A DNA stretch of 62,309 nucleotides from Bacilli bacterium. GTDB lineage: Bacteria; Bacillota_I; Bacilli_A; RFN20; CAG-826. Every line of letters begins with the position of its first letter. Positions within the stretch are counted from its first letter, which is position 1. The stretch covers positions 1-62,309 of the forward strand of contig JAZLKX010000018.1 in the NCBI GenBank assembly GCA_045597865.1, read 5' to 3'. Below are positions 10,314-20,436 of the stretch, one piece after another. The notes below the pieces were generated by a model. That model saw nothing but the letters and a program-made list of their open reading frames with translations. It did no database searches and was not told where the DNA came from. The translations under genes and the position numbers were made by a program.

Positions 10314-11326
10314 TATTTAATTGGCTTCATGTGGAAGTGACCATAAACTTGTTGAAGTGAAGTTACATTAACAAAGCTTTCTGGATCTAGCTCTCTAATA
10401 ACTTTAACAGCATGTTTAATTTCTGTAGTTGAAACAACCATATAAATAATATAACGTTCGTTTTCGCTATAAGCACCTTTTGCGTTAACAACAGTAGCGC
10501 CATGAGGAATATTTGCAAGAAGTAATCTTGCTAAATCTTTTTTATTGGTAATAATTTGTATTTGTGCTTTCTTATTACGAACATTGATTACATCAATAAC
10601 AAGCATAACAGTTAATAAATAGACAGAGGAGAAGAAGATTAATCCAATGCCTTCACCCCATTCAGAAGTTGTGATTGAAGTAATGATGGAGAATGCTGCA
10701 ATAATTATGGAATTAATGATTACTCCATATTTGCCTGCAAGAGAAGATTTTCTTTCAGAAAAATAGTATGAAATGATATCAAATCCGCCTGCGGATGAAT
10801 CAATTTTGTATGCAATTGCGCTGCTCAAGCCAGTGCACATACCAGCAAATAGAGCACGAGCGAGCATGCCGCCATGACCATTTACAAACAAAGCAATATC
10901 AACAAAGAATTGTCCTTGCATTGCGTTTGTAAGGATGAAAACAGAAACAACATTAATAACCGTAAAGACTGCAAATCTTTTTCCAATGTATCTAAACGCA
11001 ATATAGATTAGTGGTAAATTAATTACCAAGTAAAATATTGAGAATAAAAGTGATGGATTGTTTGGAATCGTAATGCCATTGATTTGAAATAGTAAATTAA
11101 ATACCTGTGCGGCACCTGATGATCCACCTGAGACGAGCGATTGAATATTTGCACATTCGCCCCCAAGTACGCTAGGTTGTAAAAATACGTTAATACTTAA
11201 AGCAAATATTGCAGCACTGAAAAGTGTTGCAATAAGTGCGAATCCATAATCAACAATAAATTTTAACCATAAATGGTTATATAAGAAACTATTAGTTCTT
11301 TTTTGTAATTTTTCAATTCTTTTCAT
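10313..11326 (-). CDS. YitT-family membrane protein
   Basis: SGGSSG, INLPL, SAGGFD, C-terminal GAT...KGAYS...IRELDPESFV. Confidence 0.88.
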   Translation of the reverse strand: MKRIEKLQKRTNSFLYNHLWLKFIVDYGFALIATLFSAAIFALSINVFLQPSVLGGECANIQSLVSGGSSGAAQVFNLLFQINGITIPNNPSLLFSIFYLVINLPLIYIAFRYIGKRFAVFTVINVVSVFILTNAMQGQFFVDIALFVNGHGGMLARALFAGMCTGLSSAIAYKIDSSAGGFDIISYYFSERKSSLAGKYGVIINSIIIAAFSIITSITTSEWGEGIGLIFFSSVYLLTVMLVIDVINVRNKKAQIQIITNKKDLARLLLANIPHGATVVNAKGAYSENERYIIYMVVSTTEIKHAVKVIRELDPESFVNVTSLQQVYGHFHMKPIK

Positions 11327-11478
11327 ATGTTTGCTAGATATATGATATACATTTTTATGTATAAAGCAAAGAAAATCGATTAAAGTTGAGACATAGAATG
11401 TCTTCTTAAAAAAGTGCTTGTTGCTATATAAATATAGTGGTACAATAGTACAGCATTCTATCGGGAGGCAACTAAATT

Positions 11479-12300
11479 ATGGTAATTATCGCAGCTATCG
11501 GAGCATTCTTTAAAAAGATCTGGGATTGGATTAAGCAAACAGCTTGGATTCAACCTTTATTAATCGTCGGATTAATCTTCGGCGTTATTTTCTCAATCAA
11601 ACCAATTGTCGACGCAGTCAAAGCAGGTTCATCTGCACAAAAAGCAGCATCAACTTTCTACCACAATTATCAAAAATCTCTCGAAGGTGGTAAAGACTCA
11701 GAAGCAGACAAATTCACAACAATCATTGAAAATGTTATGAATGACTCCAACACTGATACTTCTGAAATTAAAGACAAAAAAGGCAACAGAATGTACAAAT
11801 TCTTCTTGGTCTATGTTGCAGAAACATGTCCAAACTGTGAATCAGCAAAAGAAGGATTTGACCTTTTATTAAAAGGTGACGACAACTTTAAATCCTCAGA
11901 TTATGATTTTAATATGGTCACAATCTTTGCAGACCAAGAAACATCTGAAACTGAAGAAAATAAAACAGCATTCGTTAAATATCTCGAACGCCATCAATCA
12001 TTCTTTGAAGATTGTGGTTCAAATGCATGGCAAACACCATACTGCACAAACAAACCACTTGCTCCAACTGATATTGAATACATGGAAACTTCAGATCCAG
12101 ACAACTTCTTAACTCCAACAATTCTACTTGTAGAATTAGAAGATCCAAACAACAAAAAAGGAGAGTATGGTGTCTTCCTAAATCCAGGCGTTACAGAAGT
12201 TATGTTCGGTGTTGATGGAGAAAAAGCCTATGACAAAGCACAAACATTATATGACTGCTGGAATCATACTGGTAAATTCTCACACAACGACAATAAATAA
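11479..12300 (+). CDS. Membrane-anchored hypothetical protein with thioredoxin-like CxxC
   Basis: GGGAGG RBS, N-terminal TM, VYVAETCPNCESAK and later TPTILLV. Confidence 0.55.
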   Translation: MVIIAAIGAFFKKIWDWIKQTAWIQPLLIVGLIFGVIFSIKPIVDAVKAGSSAQKAASTFYHNYQKSLEGGKDSEADKFTTIIENVMNDSNTDTSEIKDKKGNRMYKFFLVYVAETCPNCESAKEGFDLLLKGDDNFKSSDYDFNMVTIFADQETSETEENKTAFVKYLERHQSFFEDCGSNAWQTPYCTNKPLAPTDIEYMETSDPDNFLTPTILLVELEDPNNKKGEYGVFLNPGVTEVMFGVDGEKAYDKAQTLYDCWNHTGKFSHNDNK

Positions 12301-12336
12301 TTAATTATTTATAAAATAAAAAGTAAGTCGATTGAC

Positions 12337-12807
12337 TTACTTTTTTTGATACTTTTTACTAACTGATTCCGGAACTAAATCTTTAACGTCTTTATTTAAT
12401 TTAGCAAGTTCATCAACCTTACTACTAGAGATTGAAGAATGTTCCTCGTCTGCCATAAAGAAGACTAAATCAATTGTTGGATCAACTTTATGATAAGCTT
12501 CTGCGAGCTTGTATTCATATTTGAAATCAGTAACTGTTCTTAATCCTCTAACTAAGTGTTTTGTTTTAACTTTGTTAGCATAATCAACTGTAAGACCAGA
12601 TGTTGAATCAACTTTAACACCTTTCATTCCTTTAGTTGCATCTTTAATCATTTGTACTCTATCTTCAACAGAGAATCTTGATTTCTTGTCCGGATTATCT
12701 GCGACAAGCACGATTACTTCATCAAAGACCTTTAGTGCTCTTTGTAAGATATCAATGTGACCATTAGTTATTGGATCGAATGAACCTGGATAAACTGCTC
12801 TATTCAT
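12337..12807 (-). CDS. coaD: Phosphopantetheine adenylyltransferase
   Basis: YPGSFDPITNGH, VRGLR, ISSS. Confidence 0.96.
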   Translation of the reverse strand: MNRAVYPGSFDPITNGHIDILQRALKVFDEVIVLVADNPDKKSRFSVEDRVQMIKDATKGMKGVKVDSTSGLTVDYANKVKTKHLVRGLRTVTDFKYEYKLAEAYHKVDPTIDLVFFMADEEHSSISSSKVDELAKLNKDVKDLVPESVSKKYQKK

Positions 12808-12809
12808 AC

Positions 12810-13343
12810 TTAATTCCTTATTATATATATTTTCGCGAGACCGTATTTATAGAAGCGAACACTTTTGAACATTGAATTATCAAGATTTAATTCGCGTTCA
12901 CTTTCTAAAACTATTATACCATTCTCTTCAAGCATATTTCCTTTTATAAGCGTTTCCACAATCTTCTCATAAACGTCTAATTTATATGGAGGATCTACAA
13001 AAACAATCGAGAATTTACGGTGATTTTCGCTCAAAAACGCCAACGAATCACCAAAAACAAGTTCAACATTTTCACATCCAAGGTTCTTAGCATTTTCCTT
13101 AATTGAATTATATGCGTCATGTGACTTATCAACAAAAACTGCAGAGGCTGCGCCACGAGACAATGCTTCAAAACCATAGGAACCTGAACCTGCAAATAAA
13201 TCTAAAACTTTTGCATCTTTAACTGCATCGCCAAGTGCAGAAAAAACTGCAGCTCTAACTTTATCCATAGTTGGTTTTGTTAACTCTGAATTTGGAGTGG
13301 CAAGTAATCTTGACCTATTTGTTCCGCCAGTAATTCTAATCAT
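12810..13343 (-). CDS. rsmD: 16S rRNA m2G966 methyltransferase
   Basis: RITGG, PTMDKVRAAVF, LDLFAGSG, VDPPY; adjacent to coaD. Confidence 0.92.
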   Translation of the reverse strand: MIRITGGTNRSRLLATPNSELTKPTMDKVRAAVFSALGDAVKDAKVLDLFAGSGSYGFEALSRGAASAVFVDKSHDAYNSIKENAKNLGCENVELVFGDSLAFLSENHRKFSIVFVDPPYKLDVYEKIVETLIKGNMLEENGIIVLESERELNLDNSMFKSVRFYKYGLAKIYIIRN

Positions 13344-13345
13344 AG

Positions 13346-13684
13346 CTATTTAAAAGGATTAAAAATTTCCTCATTTATTTTATCATAAATTTTACGAACA
13401 ATTTTAAATTGTTCATTGTATTTTTGTACAAGTTTGTTTGAATCAAGCGCAAGCTTTGCTTGATGTAATTCTTTTTGAGCAGCAAGAGCTTCGTCAGAAT
13501 TCTCGCCAAAATGTTTTAGTGCATCCTCAAATTTAGTGACAGCACAATCTTTCTTGTAACAAAGTTTCATAACCTCTTCGTCATTCTCTAGAAGAGAATT
13601 AAGTCTATTGAGTTCTTTGACTTCTGAAGAGTTAGCAATTTCTTCTTTTAATTTTGATACTTTTTCAAAAAGTTTTTCGTTCAT
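13346..13684 (-). CDS. YlbF/YmcA-like helical protein
   Basis: Short helical protein upstream of rsmD-coaD (Bacilli synteny); ATG 13684 lies 6 nt after TATTAT. Confidence 0.65.
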   Translation of the reverse strand: MNEKLFEKVSKLKEEIANSSEVKELNRLNSLLENDEEVMKLCYKKDCAVTKFEDALKHFGENSDEALAAQKELHQAKLALDSNKLVQKYNEQFKIVRKIYDKINEEIFNPFK

Positions 13685-13730
13685 ACAAATATAATACCAA
13701 ATTAGTATCATTTGTGATACAATTTGCTTT

Positions 13731-14288
13731 ATGAAAAACGTTTTAAAGATTGTAAAAGATTCAAATCCTAATTTAAGAAAAAGATGTGAAGAAGTCTCAG
13801 AAATTACTCCTGAGATTGTTGATCTTGTAAACGACATGCACGAATACCTTGTTCTTTCTCAAGACGAAGAGTACGCAAAAAAACACAATATTAGGGAAGG
13901 TGTTGGCTTAGCTGCACCACAAATTGGTAAAAATATTAGAGCGCTTTGTGTTTATTTTGAAGAAGAAACAGAAAATGGTCTCAACATAGTTGACCACCGC
14001 TTAATCAATCCAAAAATCATCCTTGAATCTATTAAGGAAGTCTATCTTTCAGGAGGAGAAGGATGTTTATCAGTTGATAAAGAACATGAAGGTTATATTT
14101 ATCGTAAATACAAAATTCAAGTTAAAGCATTTGATGTTTTAACAATGAAAGAAAAAATCATTACTGCTCGTGGCTATGAAGCAATTGTTCTCCAACACGA
14201 GATTGATCATTTAAATGGTGTACTCTTCTACGATCACATCAACAAAAAAGATCCTTTCCAAGTTAAAGAAGACGCTATTCGTCTTTAA
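13731..14288 (+). CDS. def: Peptide deformylase
   Basis: GVGLAAPQIG, EGCLS, QHEIDHLNG. Confidence 0.96.
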   Translation: MKNVLKIVKDSNPNLRKRCEEVSEITPEIVDLVNDMHEYLVLSQDEEYAKKHNIREGVGLAAPQIGKNIRALCVYFEEETENGLNIVDHRLINPKIILESIKEVYLSGGEGCLSVDKEHEGYIYRKYKIQVKAFDVLTMKEKIITARGYEAIVLQHEIDHLNGVLFYDHINKKDPFQVKEDAIRL

Positions 14289-14380
14289 TTATTGACTTAT
14301 TTTTTATATTTTTTATAATATAAATAGCTTTTACAAGCAACGAAGATAATTCAACTATCGTTTTTCGTAGGAGGTTAACT

Positions 14381-16048
14381 ATGACAGTTACCGATGCTCC
14401 AATTTCAATTTATGCTTTAGGCGGATTATGTGAAGTTGGAAAGAATACCTACTGTATTGAATCTGAGAATTCCCTCATCATTATTGATGCAGGTGTCTTA
14501 TTCCCAGGAGCAGATTTACCAGGTGTTGACTATGTCATTCCTGATTATCAAAAGCTTAGAAATTCAAGACAGAAAATTAAGGCTCTTTTCATCACTCACG
14601 GACATGAAGACCACATTGGTGGTATTCCATTTTTAGTGCAAAACCTTCACATTCCAGTAATCTATGCACCAAAATTAGCCGCCGCACTTATTAAACACAA
14701 ACTCGCTGATATGAGAATCAGAGAGGAAGTTAAAATCGTAGAATACGATTCAGATACAATCATCAACATTGATGAATTTAAAGTATCATTCTTTTACGTT
14801 ACACACTCAATTCCTGATTCATACGGAATCGTTGTTGATACACCACACGGTAGAATTGTTCATACCGGCGACTTTAAGATTGACTTAACACCAGTTGGAC
14901 ACAAGATTGAATTATCTAAAATTGCACAAATTGGAGTTGAAGGTGTTGATCTTCTTTTATCAGATTCAACAAATGCTGAAATTGAAGGATACACACCAAG
15001 TGAGAAAAACGTTTTACAATCGATCGTTGATATTTTCGAAGCTGCACATGGTAGGTTGATTTTATCAACCTTCTCCAGCAACATTTCGCGTATTCAACAA
15101 ATATGCCAAGTTGCTGTTGAACATGGTAGAAAAATTGCAATTATTGGAAGAAGCATGGAACATGCTGTTGATGTAGCAAGAGACTTTGGTTACATTAAGA
15201 TACCTGATACATCATTTATTCCAATTAATGAAATTAATGAACACTCATTAAAAGAGATTTGTGTTCTTTGCACTGGTTCTCAAGGAGAACCAATGGCCGC
15301 ATTGTCTAGAATTGCAAACGGAGAACATAAAGATCTTCATATCATGCCTGGAGATACAGTTGTCTTTTCATCAAGCGCTATTCCTGGAAATGGAATTATG
15401 ATTGATAAAGTTGTTAATCAATTAGTTAGAAAAGGTGCAGATGTTTTAGTTAACTCGGTTTTGTTCTCTGTTCACTCTTCTGGACACCCTTCAAAACAAG
15501 AACTTCGCATTATGCTTCACCTTATGAATCCAAAGTATTTTATGCCAATTCATGGTGAATACAGAATGTTAAAATTACACGGACAAATTGCAGAATCCCT
15601 AGGAATTCCTCATCAAAATGTCTTTATTATGGAAAATGGAGACTCGTTATTATTAACAAAACATCGTATTGCTGTTGGACCACATTATCCTGCAGATCCT
15701 ATTTATATTGATAGCAGAGATTTTACTGGTACAAACGAAGCAGTTATTAACGATAGAGAAATTATGTCTGAAGATGGAATGATTTCTATCATTGTTGGAA
15801 TTGACTCTAAAAATGGCACAATTATTGTTAATCCAAAGTGTGTTACAAAAGCATTTTCATCTAATGATGAACAAATGTCAAAACGTATTGAAGACATTGT
15901 CTTATACTCATTGCAATCTTTAATGGCACAAAAAACAACATTCTCTAACATTAAATCAACTATTAAACGTGTTGTTGAACAATATGTCTATCGTAAAACA
16001 GAAAGGAAACCACTTGTTATTCCAGTGGTTATGGATTCAAATAAATGA
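14381..16048 (+). CDS. rnj: Ribonuclease J
   Basis: ALGGLCEVGKN, THGHEDHIG, HTGDFK, HSSGH, PIHGEYR. Confidence 0.95.
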   Translation: MTVTDAPISIYALGGLCEVGKNTYCIESENSLIIIDAGVLFPGADLPGVDYVIPDYQKLRNSRQKIKALFITHGHEDHIGGIPFLVQNLHIPVIYAPKLAAALIKHKLADMRIREEVKIVEYDSDTIINIDEFKVSFFYVTHSIPDSYGIVVDTPHGRIVHTGDFKIDLTPVGHKIELSKIAQIGVEGVDLLLSDSTNAEIEGYTPSEKNVLQSIVDIFEAAHGRLILSTFSSNISRIQQICQVAVEHGRKIAIIGRSMEHAVDVARDFGYIKIPDTSFIPINEINEHSLKEICVLCTGSQGEPMAALSRIANGEHKDLHIMPGDTVVFSSSAIPGNGIMIDKVVNQLVRKGADVLVNSVLFSVHSSGHPSKQELRIMLHLMNPKYFMPIHGEYRMLKLHGQIAESLGIPHQNVFIMENGDSLLLTKHRIAVGPHYPADPIYIDSRDFTGTNEAVINDREIMSEDGMISIIVGIDSKNGTIIVNPKCVTKAFSSNDEQMSKRIEDIVLYSLQSLMAQKTTFSNIKSTIKRVVEQYVYRKTERKPLVIPVVMDSNK

Positions 16049-16584
16049 TTATTTTAGCGTCTGGATCTCCAAGAAGAAGAGAATTAATTAAGAAAATTAC
16101 GTCAGATTTTACTGTAATTCCTGCAGATGTCGATGAATCTATCATTCACGTTCCTGCTTGTGATTTACCAGGAGAACTTTCAAAACTCAAAGCTTATGAC
16201 GTTTTTCAAAAGTATCCAAATGACAAAGTTCTAGCATGCGATACTGTTGTTATTATTGATGGCGAAGTTTTAGGCAAACCTCACACAAAAGAAAAAGCTT
16301 TCGAAATGTTAAAGAAACTTTCTGGAAGAAAACACGTTGTTATTTCTGGTTATACTTTAATATCAAAAGAAAAAGAAATTACAAGAACAGTCAGAACTTA
16401 TGTTTACTTCAATGAACTAAGTGATGAGCTCATTAATAAATACATCGAAACTGGTTCACCAATGGATAAGGCTGGAGCTTATGGAATTCAAGATCGCGAA
16501 TTCGATTTAGTCAACCATATTGAAGGTAGTTTTGATAACGTAATTGGCCTTCCAACTGAAGACTTAAAAGCACACTGGTTTTAA
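16045..16584 (+). CDS. maf: Maf-family nucleotide pyrophosphatase
   Basis: IILASGSPRR, DTVV, GKP, DKAGAYGIQ, NVIGLP. Confidence 0.93.
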   Translation: MIILASGSPRRRELIKKITSDFTVIPADVDESIIHVPACDLPGELSKLKAYDVFQKYPNDKVLACDTVVIIDGEVLGKPHTKEKAFEMLKKLSGRKHVVISGYTLISKEKEITRTVRTYVYFNELSDELINKYIETGSPMDKAGAYGIQDREFDLVNHIEGSFDNVIGLPTEDLKAHWF

Positions 16585-16585
16585 T

Positions 16586-17158
16586 ATGCCAACAAACTTA
16601 GAAATTGAATCAAAATCAATGCTTAAAAAAGAGGACTATAAAACCTTAATTTCAGCATACAAAAAAGTTAAAAAATACAAACAAATTAACTACTATATTT
16701 CATCAAAAGAGATGTTAGAAAAAGTTAAAAATTTTGGTTTAAGAATTAGACAAATTGGCCATGATTATGAACTTACTTTGAAGGTAACCGAAAAGGTAGG
16801 GAAAACTGAAATTAACCAGGAAATACCGGGGATTTTCCTATCAAATCTCGTATATTTTGGAAAATTTCCAGATGGAGAAGTTAAGGAATATTTAATCAAA
16901 AATAATGTTTGCGATGTCTCGAAACTTCAAGTAATTGGCATGCTTGAAACCAAGAGAAAAGACATTGATTTTAATGGATCAAAAATCTCAATCGATAAAT
17001 CAAAATATAACGGTGTTGTTGATTACGAAATTGAATGTGAATCTTCAAGTAAAGAAAAGGCAGAAAATGACCTCAAAAATTTCTTAGAAATCCACCACAT
17101 TTTGTATCAAAAAAGCGAGCACAATAAGCTCGCTAGATTCTTACAAACTTTACGTTAA
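16586..17158 (+). CDS. CYTH domain protein (YjbK-like)
   Basis: EIESK, QINYY, LRIR, LTLK, DYEIECE, NKLARF. Confidence 0.85.
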   Translation: MPTNLEIESKSMLKKEDYKTLISAYKKVKKYKQINYYISSKEMLEKVKNFGLRIRQIGHDYELTLKVTEKVGKTEINQEIPGIFLSNLVYFGKFPDGEVKEYLIKNNVCDVSKLQVIGMLETKRKDIDFNGSKISIDKSKYNGVVDYEIECESSSKEKAENDLKNFLEIHHILYQKSEHNKLARFLQTLR

Positions 17159-17559
17159 TTTTTTTCAACGTCTTCACAAGTATCACAAACAAATTCTTTA
17201 AGGCGTCTTGCCTTTGGAATAAATGTTGTCATTTCATCCGTGTCGTAGCCGACTTGGATGTGTGAATCATCAACCATAATTGGTCGTTTAAGAACTGTTG
17301 GGTTCTGACGAATGAATTGTATCATTTCTGATACAGACATATCATCAAGCTTAACGTTCTTTTCTTTTATGATTTTGCTACGCAAAGAGATGATATCGTC
17401 AGTCCCGTTTTCAGATTTCTCTAACATCTCTCTTAATTCCTTCTCGCTTAAGCCTTGTCCATTAATGTTTTTCTCGACATAAGGAATATTTTGCTCGTCA
17501 AACCATTTTTTGACTTTGATGCAAGAAGAACAGGTTGGAGAAACATAAATCTTAATCAT
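17155..17559 (-). CDS. spx: Spx/ArsC-family transcriptional regulator
   Basis: IYVSPTCSSCIKVKKW, SENGTDDIIS, LKRPIM, VGY. Confidence 0.88.
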   Translation of the reverse strand: MIKIYVSPTCSSCIKVKKWFDEQNIPYVEKNINGQGLSEKELREMLEKSENGTDDIISLRSKIIKEKNVKLDDMSVSEMIQFIRQNPTVLKRPIMVDDSHIQVGYDTDEMTTFIPKARRLKEFVCDTCEDVEKN

Positions 17560-17650
17560 GGTTTTTATTGTATAGAGAAATAGGACAAAGTCAATAAAAT
17601 TGACATTAAACATTTAATTAATCTATAATATTGCCATTACTTGGAGGTAA

Positions 17651-18643
17651 ATGACTATGGATCATATTCTCAGTGGTATTAAACCAACAGGCCAACTTAC
17701 TCTTGGCAATTATATTGGAGCAATTAAGAACTTCGCACGTGTTCAAAATGAAGGCGAAGCATTTTTATTCATTGCAGACTTACACGCTTTAACTCTCCCA
17801 ATTGAGCCAGCAGATTTAAACAAAAACTCAAGAGACATTGCAGCTTACTATTTAGCAGCAGGCCTTGATCCAAAGAAAGCAACAATCTTCCTCCAAAGTG
17901 ATGTTCCAGCACACTCTGAACTCGCAATCATTCTCCAAAACTATCTCTACATGGGAGAGTTATCAAGAATGACTCAATTCAAAGATAAATCATCCAAAAT
18001 GAAAGAAGAAGCCATAGGCTTAGGCTTATTCGCCTACCCTGTCTTAATGGCTGCAGATATTGTCATTTATGACTCTAAACGTATTCCAGTTGGTGAAGAC
18101 CAAACTCAACACGTTGAGTTAGCAAGAGACTTAGTAAAACGTTTCAATAATCGTTATGGAGACGTTTTAGTAATGCCGAAGGCAGAAGTCGCTAAAGTAG
18201 GTAAAAGAATTATGTCTTTATCTGATCCAACAAAGAAGATGTCTAAATCAGATCCAAAAGGTGACATTTACCTTAGTGATGACATTAATGTCATGAGAAA
18301 GAAAATTATGTCTGCAGTTACAGATATGGAAGCTCATGTGCATTATGACCCAGAAAAACAGCCAGGTATCTCTAACCTCATGACAATTATGTCAGCACTC
18401 ACTGACAAATCCTTTGAAGATATTGAAAAGGAATTTGAAGGTAAAGGTTATGGAGACTTCAAACGTGCTGTTGCAGACTGCGTTGTCGCAGAAATGGAAC
18501 CATACAAAGCACGTTATGAAGAAATCGTTAAATCCGGACTCGTAGACAAAGTCTTAGAGGACGGCGCCGCTAAAGCCTCTGTTATCGCTAATGCAACTCT
18601 TGCAAGAGTCCAAAAAGCAGTCGGATTATACAACAAAAAATAA
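17651..18643 (+). CDS. trpS: Tryptophan--tRNA ligase
   Basis: SGIKPTG, TLGNYIGA, YPVLMAADI, KMSKS. Confidence 0.96.
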   Translation: MTMDHILSGIKPTGQLTLGNYIGAIKNFARVQNEGEAFLFIADLHALTLPIEPADLNKNSRDIAAYYLAAGLDPKKATIFLQSDVPAHSELAIILQNYLYMGELSRMTQFKDKSSKMKEEAIGLGLFAYPVLMAADIVIYDSKRIPVGEDQTQHVELARDLVKRFNNRYGDVLVMPKAEVAKVGKRIMSLSDPTKKMSKSDPKGDIYLSDDINVMRKKIMSAVTDMEAHVHYDPEKQPGISNLMTIMSALTDKSFEDIEKEFEGKGYGDFKRAVADCVVAEMEPYKARYEEIVKSGLVDKVLEDGAAKASVIANATLARVQKAVGLYNKK

Positions 18644-18645
18644 TA

Positions 18646-19461
18646 ATGAAAAAAGTCGTTGAACCATACATTATTGCCTTTGACATGGACGGCACTCTTC
18701 TTAACTCAAAGAAGAAAATATCCAGGAAAACCGCCCGTTTTTTGAGAAAACTCAGCAAAATGGGCCACCACATTGTCATTGCATCAGGTAGACCTCCAAG
18801 AAGTATTAAGGGCTACTATGAAGAGCTAAAATTAGACACTCCAGTTGTCGCATACAATGGTGAATGGATTTACTCTCCAGTTGATCCAAATTTCAAAGAA
18901 GTTAGACGTAGCTTCCCGAAAGAAGTTGTTTTAGAAGTTATCGATAAAGTTGGCCAAAATGTTCGTAATGTTATGTGCGAAAGTGACGCTGATATTTGGG
19001 TTGACCAAGAAGACACTTACTTAGGTAATTTCTTCTGGTACAAAGGAATGGATGTCCACCACGGCAATCTAAAAGATATTCTAGACAAAGACACAATGAC
19101 TTGTTTAATTCATTGCCCTGAAGAATATAGACACGCCAATGAGATTGAAAAAATCTGTGAAAAATGGCCCGATATTTTACCAATCTTTTGGATTGGAAAA
19201 CCATATTTTGAACTCCACCACAAAGATGCTTCAAAAGGTGATGGTTTAAGAGTTGTTGCAGAACACTACAACATTCCAAGAGAAAGAATTATCGCCTTTG
19301 GCGATGCCACTAACGATATTGAAATGTTTGAGTTTGCAAAAACATCAGTTTTAATGTCTAACGCAAAATATGATTTAAAAGAAAAAGTCACCATGGTATC
19401 CATTAAGGATAATGACCACGATGGCATTTATCACACATTAAAGAAAATACTTAATGCTTAA
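18646..19461 (+). CDS. Cof-type HAD hydrolase
   Basis: FDMDGTLL, ASGR, SKG, AFGDATNDIEM. Confidence 0.9.
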   Translation: MKKVVEPYIIAFDMDGTLLNSKKKISRKTARFLRKLSKMGHHIVIASGRPPRSIKGYYEELKLDTPVVAYNGEWIYSPVDPNFKEVRRSFPKEVVLEVIDKVGQNVRNVMCESDADIWVDQEDTYLGNFFWYKGMDVHHGNLKDILDKDTMTCLIHCPEEYRHANEIEKICEKWPDILPIFWIGKPYFELHHKDASKGDGLRVVAEHYNIPRERIIAFGDATNDIEMFEFAKTSVLMSNAKYDLKEKVTMVSIKDNDHDGIYHTLKKILNA

Positions 19462-20341
19462 TTTTGAAATAATCTAACTTATCACAAAGGATGTCTTGCC
19501 CATGTTTACATGTATCAATGAGATATCCTTTTTCTTTTGAATACTCTTTAAGTCCTCTATAGTAGAAATCCTTGAAATCATCTTTAATAAGAATAGGAAC
19601 GAGATTATTCTTTAAACATTCTTTTAGCATAATCAGTCTCCCAACTCTACCATTTCCATCAAAAAATGGATGAATTGATTCAAATTTATAATGAAAATCA
19701 ATTATTTCTTCAATTGTATGTGAATCCTTTTTGTTATATTCTGAAACAAGTTTTTCCATCATTTCAGGAACTAATAATGGATCGACTGTCTTGACGTCGC
19801 CAATTACATTGCCAATTTTTTTATATTCTCCTAAAGGATAGATTTTATTTTTTACTTTTGATGTACCTCTTTTAAGAGTTGCATGTAATTCCTTGATAAA
19901 ATGTTCAGATAATTGGTAATTTGCAAAATCAATAACTCTGCTAATACAATCAAAATGATTGATCGTTTCTATAACATCATCAACCTTAATAAATTCTTTA
20001 TCGTCAGTATTAACTGAGTTTGTTTCAAAAATATATCTAGTTTGTTCAGAAGATAATGTCGAACCTTCCATATGATTTGAATTGTATGTAAATTCAATTT
20101 GTAATTCGTGATAAATTCCACCAGAAATATGTTTAGCTTTTTCAATTCTTAATCTTTCAAGCAAATAATTTTTACTTTCGTTTTCATTTATTCTTTTAGG
20201 CAAACTAGCATCTTCAGGAATTGCCCACACACCAAAATTTAATCTTGCTCCAGGTATTTTTCCATTGGAACAATAATTTCTTATGGTTCTTTCACTTAGT
20301 CCCCATTTTTTTGCGTAGTCTTTAATAGTTAAGTAAATCAT
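19451..20341 (-). CDS. HTH-Fic family protein
   Basis: N-terminal HTH (YAKKWGLSERTIRNYC), inhibitory-type SNHMEG, Fic motif HPFFDGNGRVGR. Confidence 0.9.
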   Translation of the reverse strand: MIYLTIKDYAKKWGLSERTIRNYCSNGKIPGARLNFGVWAIPEDASLPKRINENESKNYLLERLRIEKAKHISGGIYHELQIEFTYNSNHMEGSTLSSEQTRYIFETNSVNTDDKEFIKVDDVIETINHFDCISRVIDFANYQLSEHFIKELHATLKRGTSKVKNKIYPLGEYKKIGNVIGDVKTVDPLLVPEMMEKLVSEYNKKDSHTIEEIIDFHYKFESIHPFFDGNGRVGRLIMLKECLKNNLVPILIKDDFKDFYYRGLKEYSKEKGYLIDTCKHGQDILCDKLDYFKIKH

Positions 20342-20436
20342 ACACTAATATTATATTTCGTTCGGCAAAAAAGTCAAAAGTTAATTATAGTTTTATTTTT
20401 CTTGCCGTTTGACAAAAGAAAAGGAAGCATAGCTTC

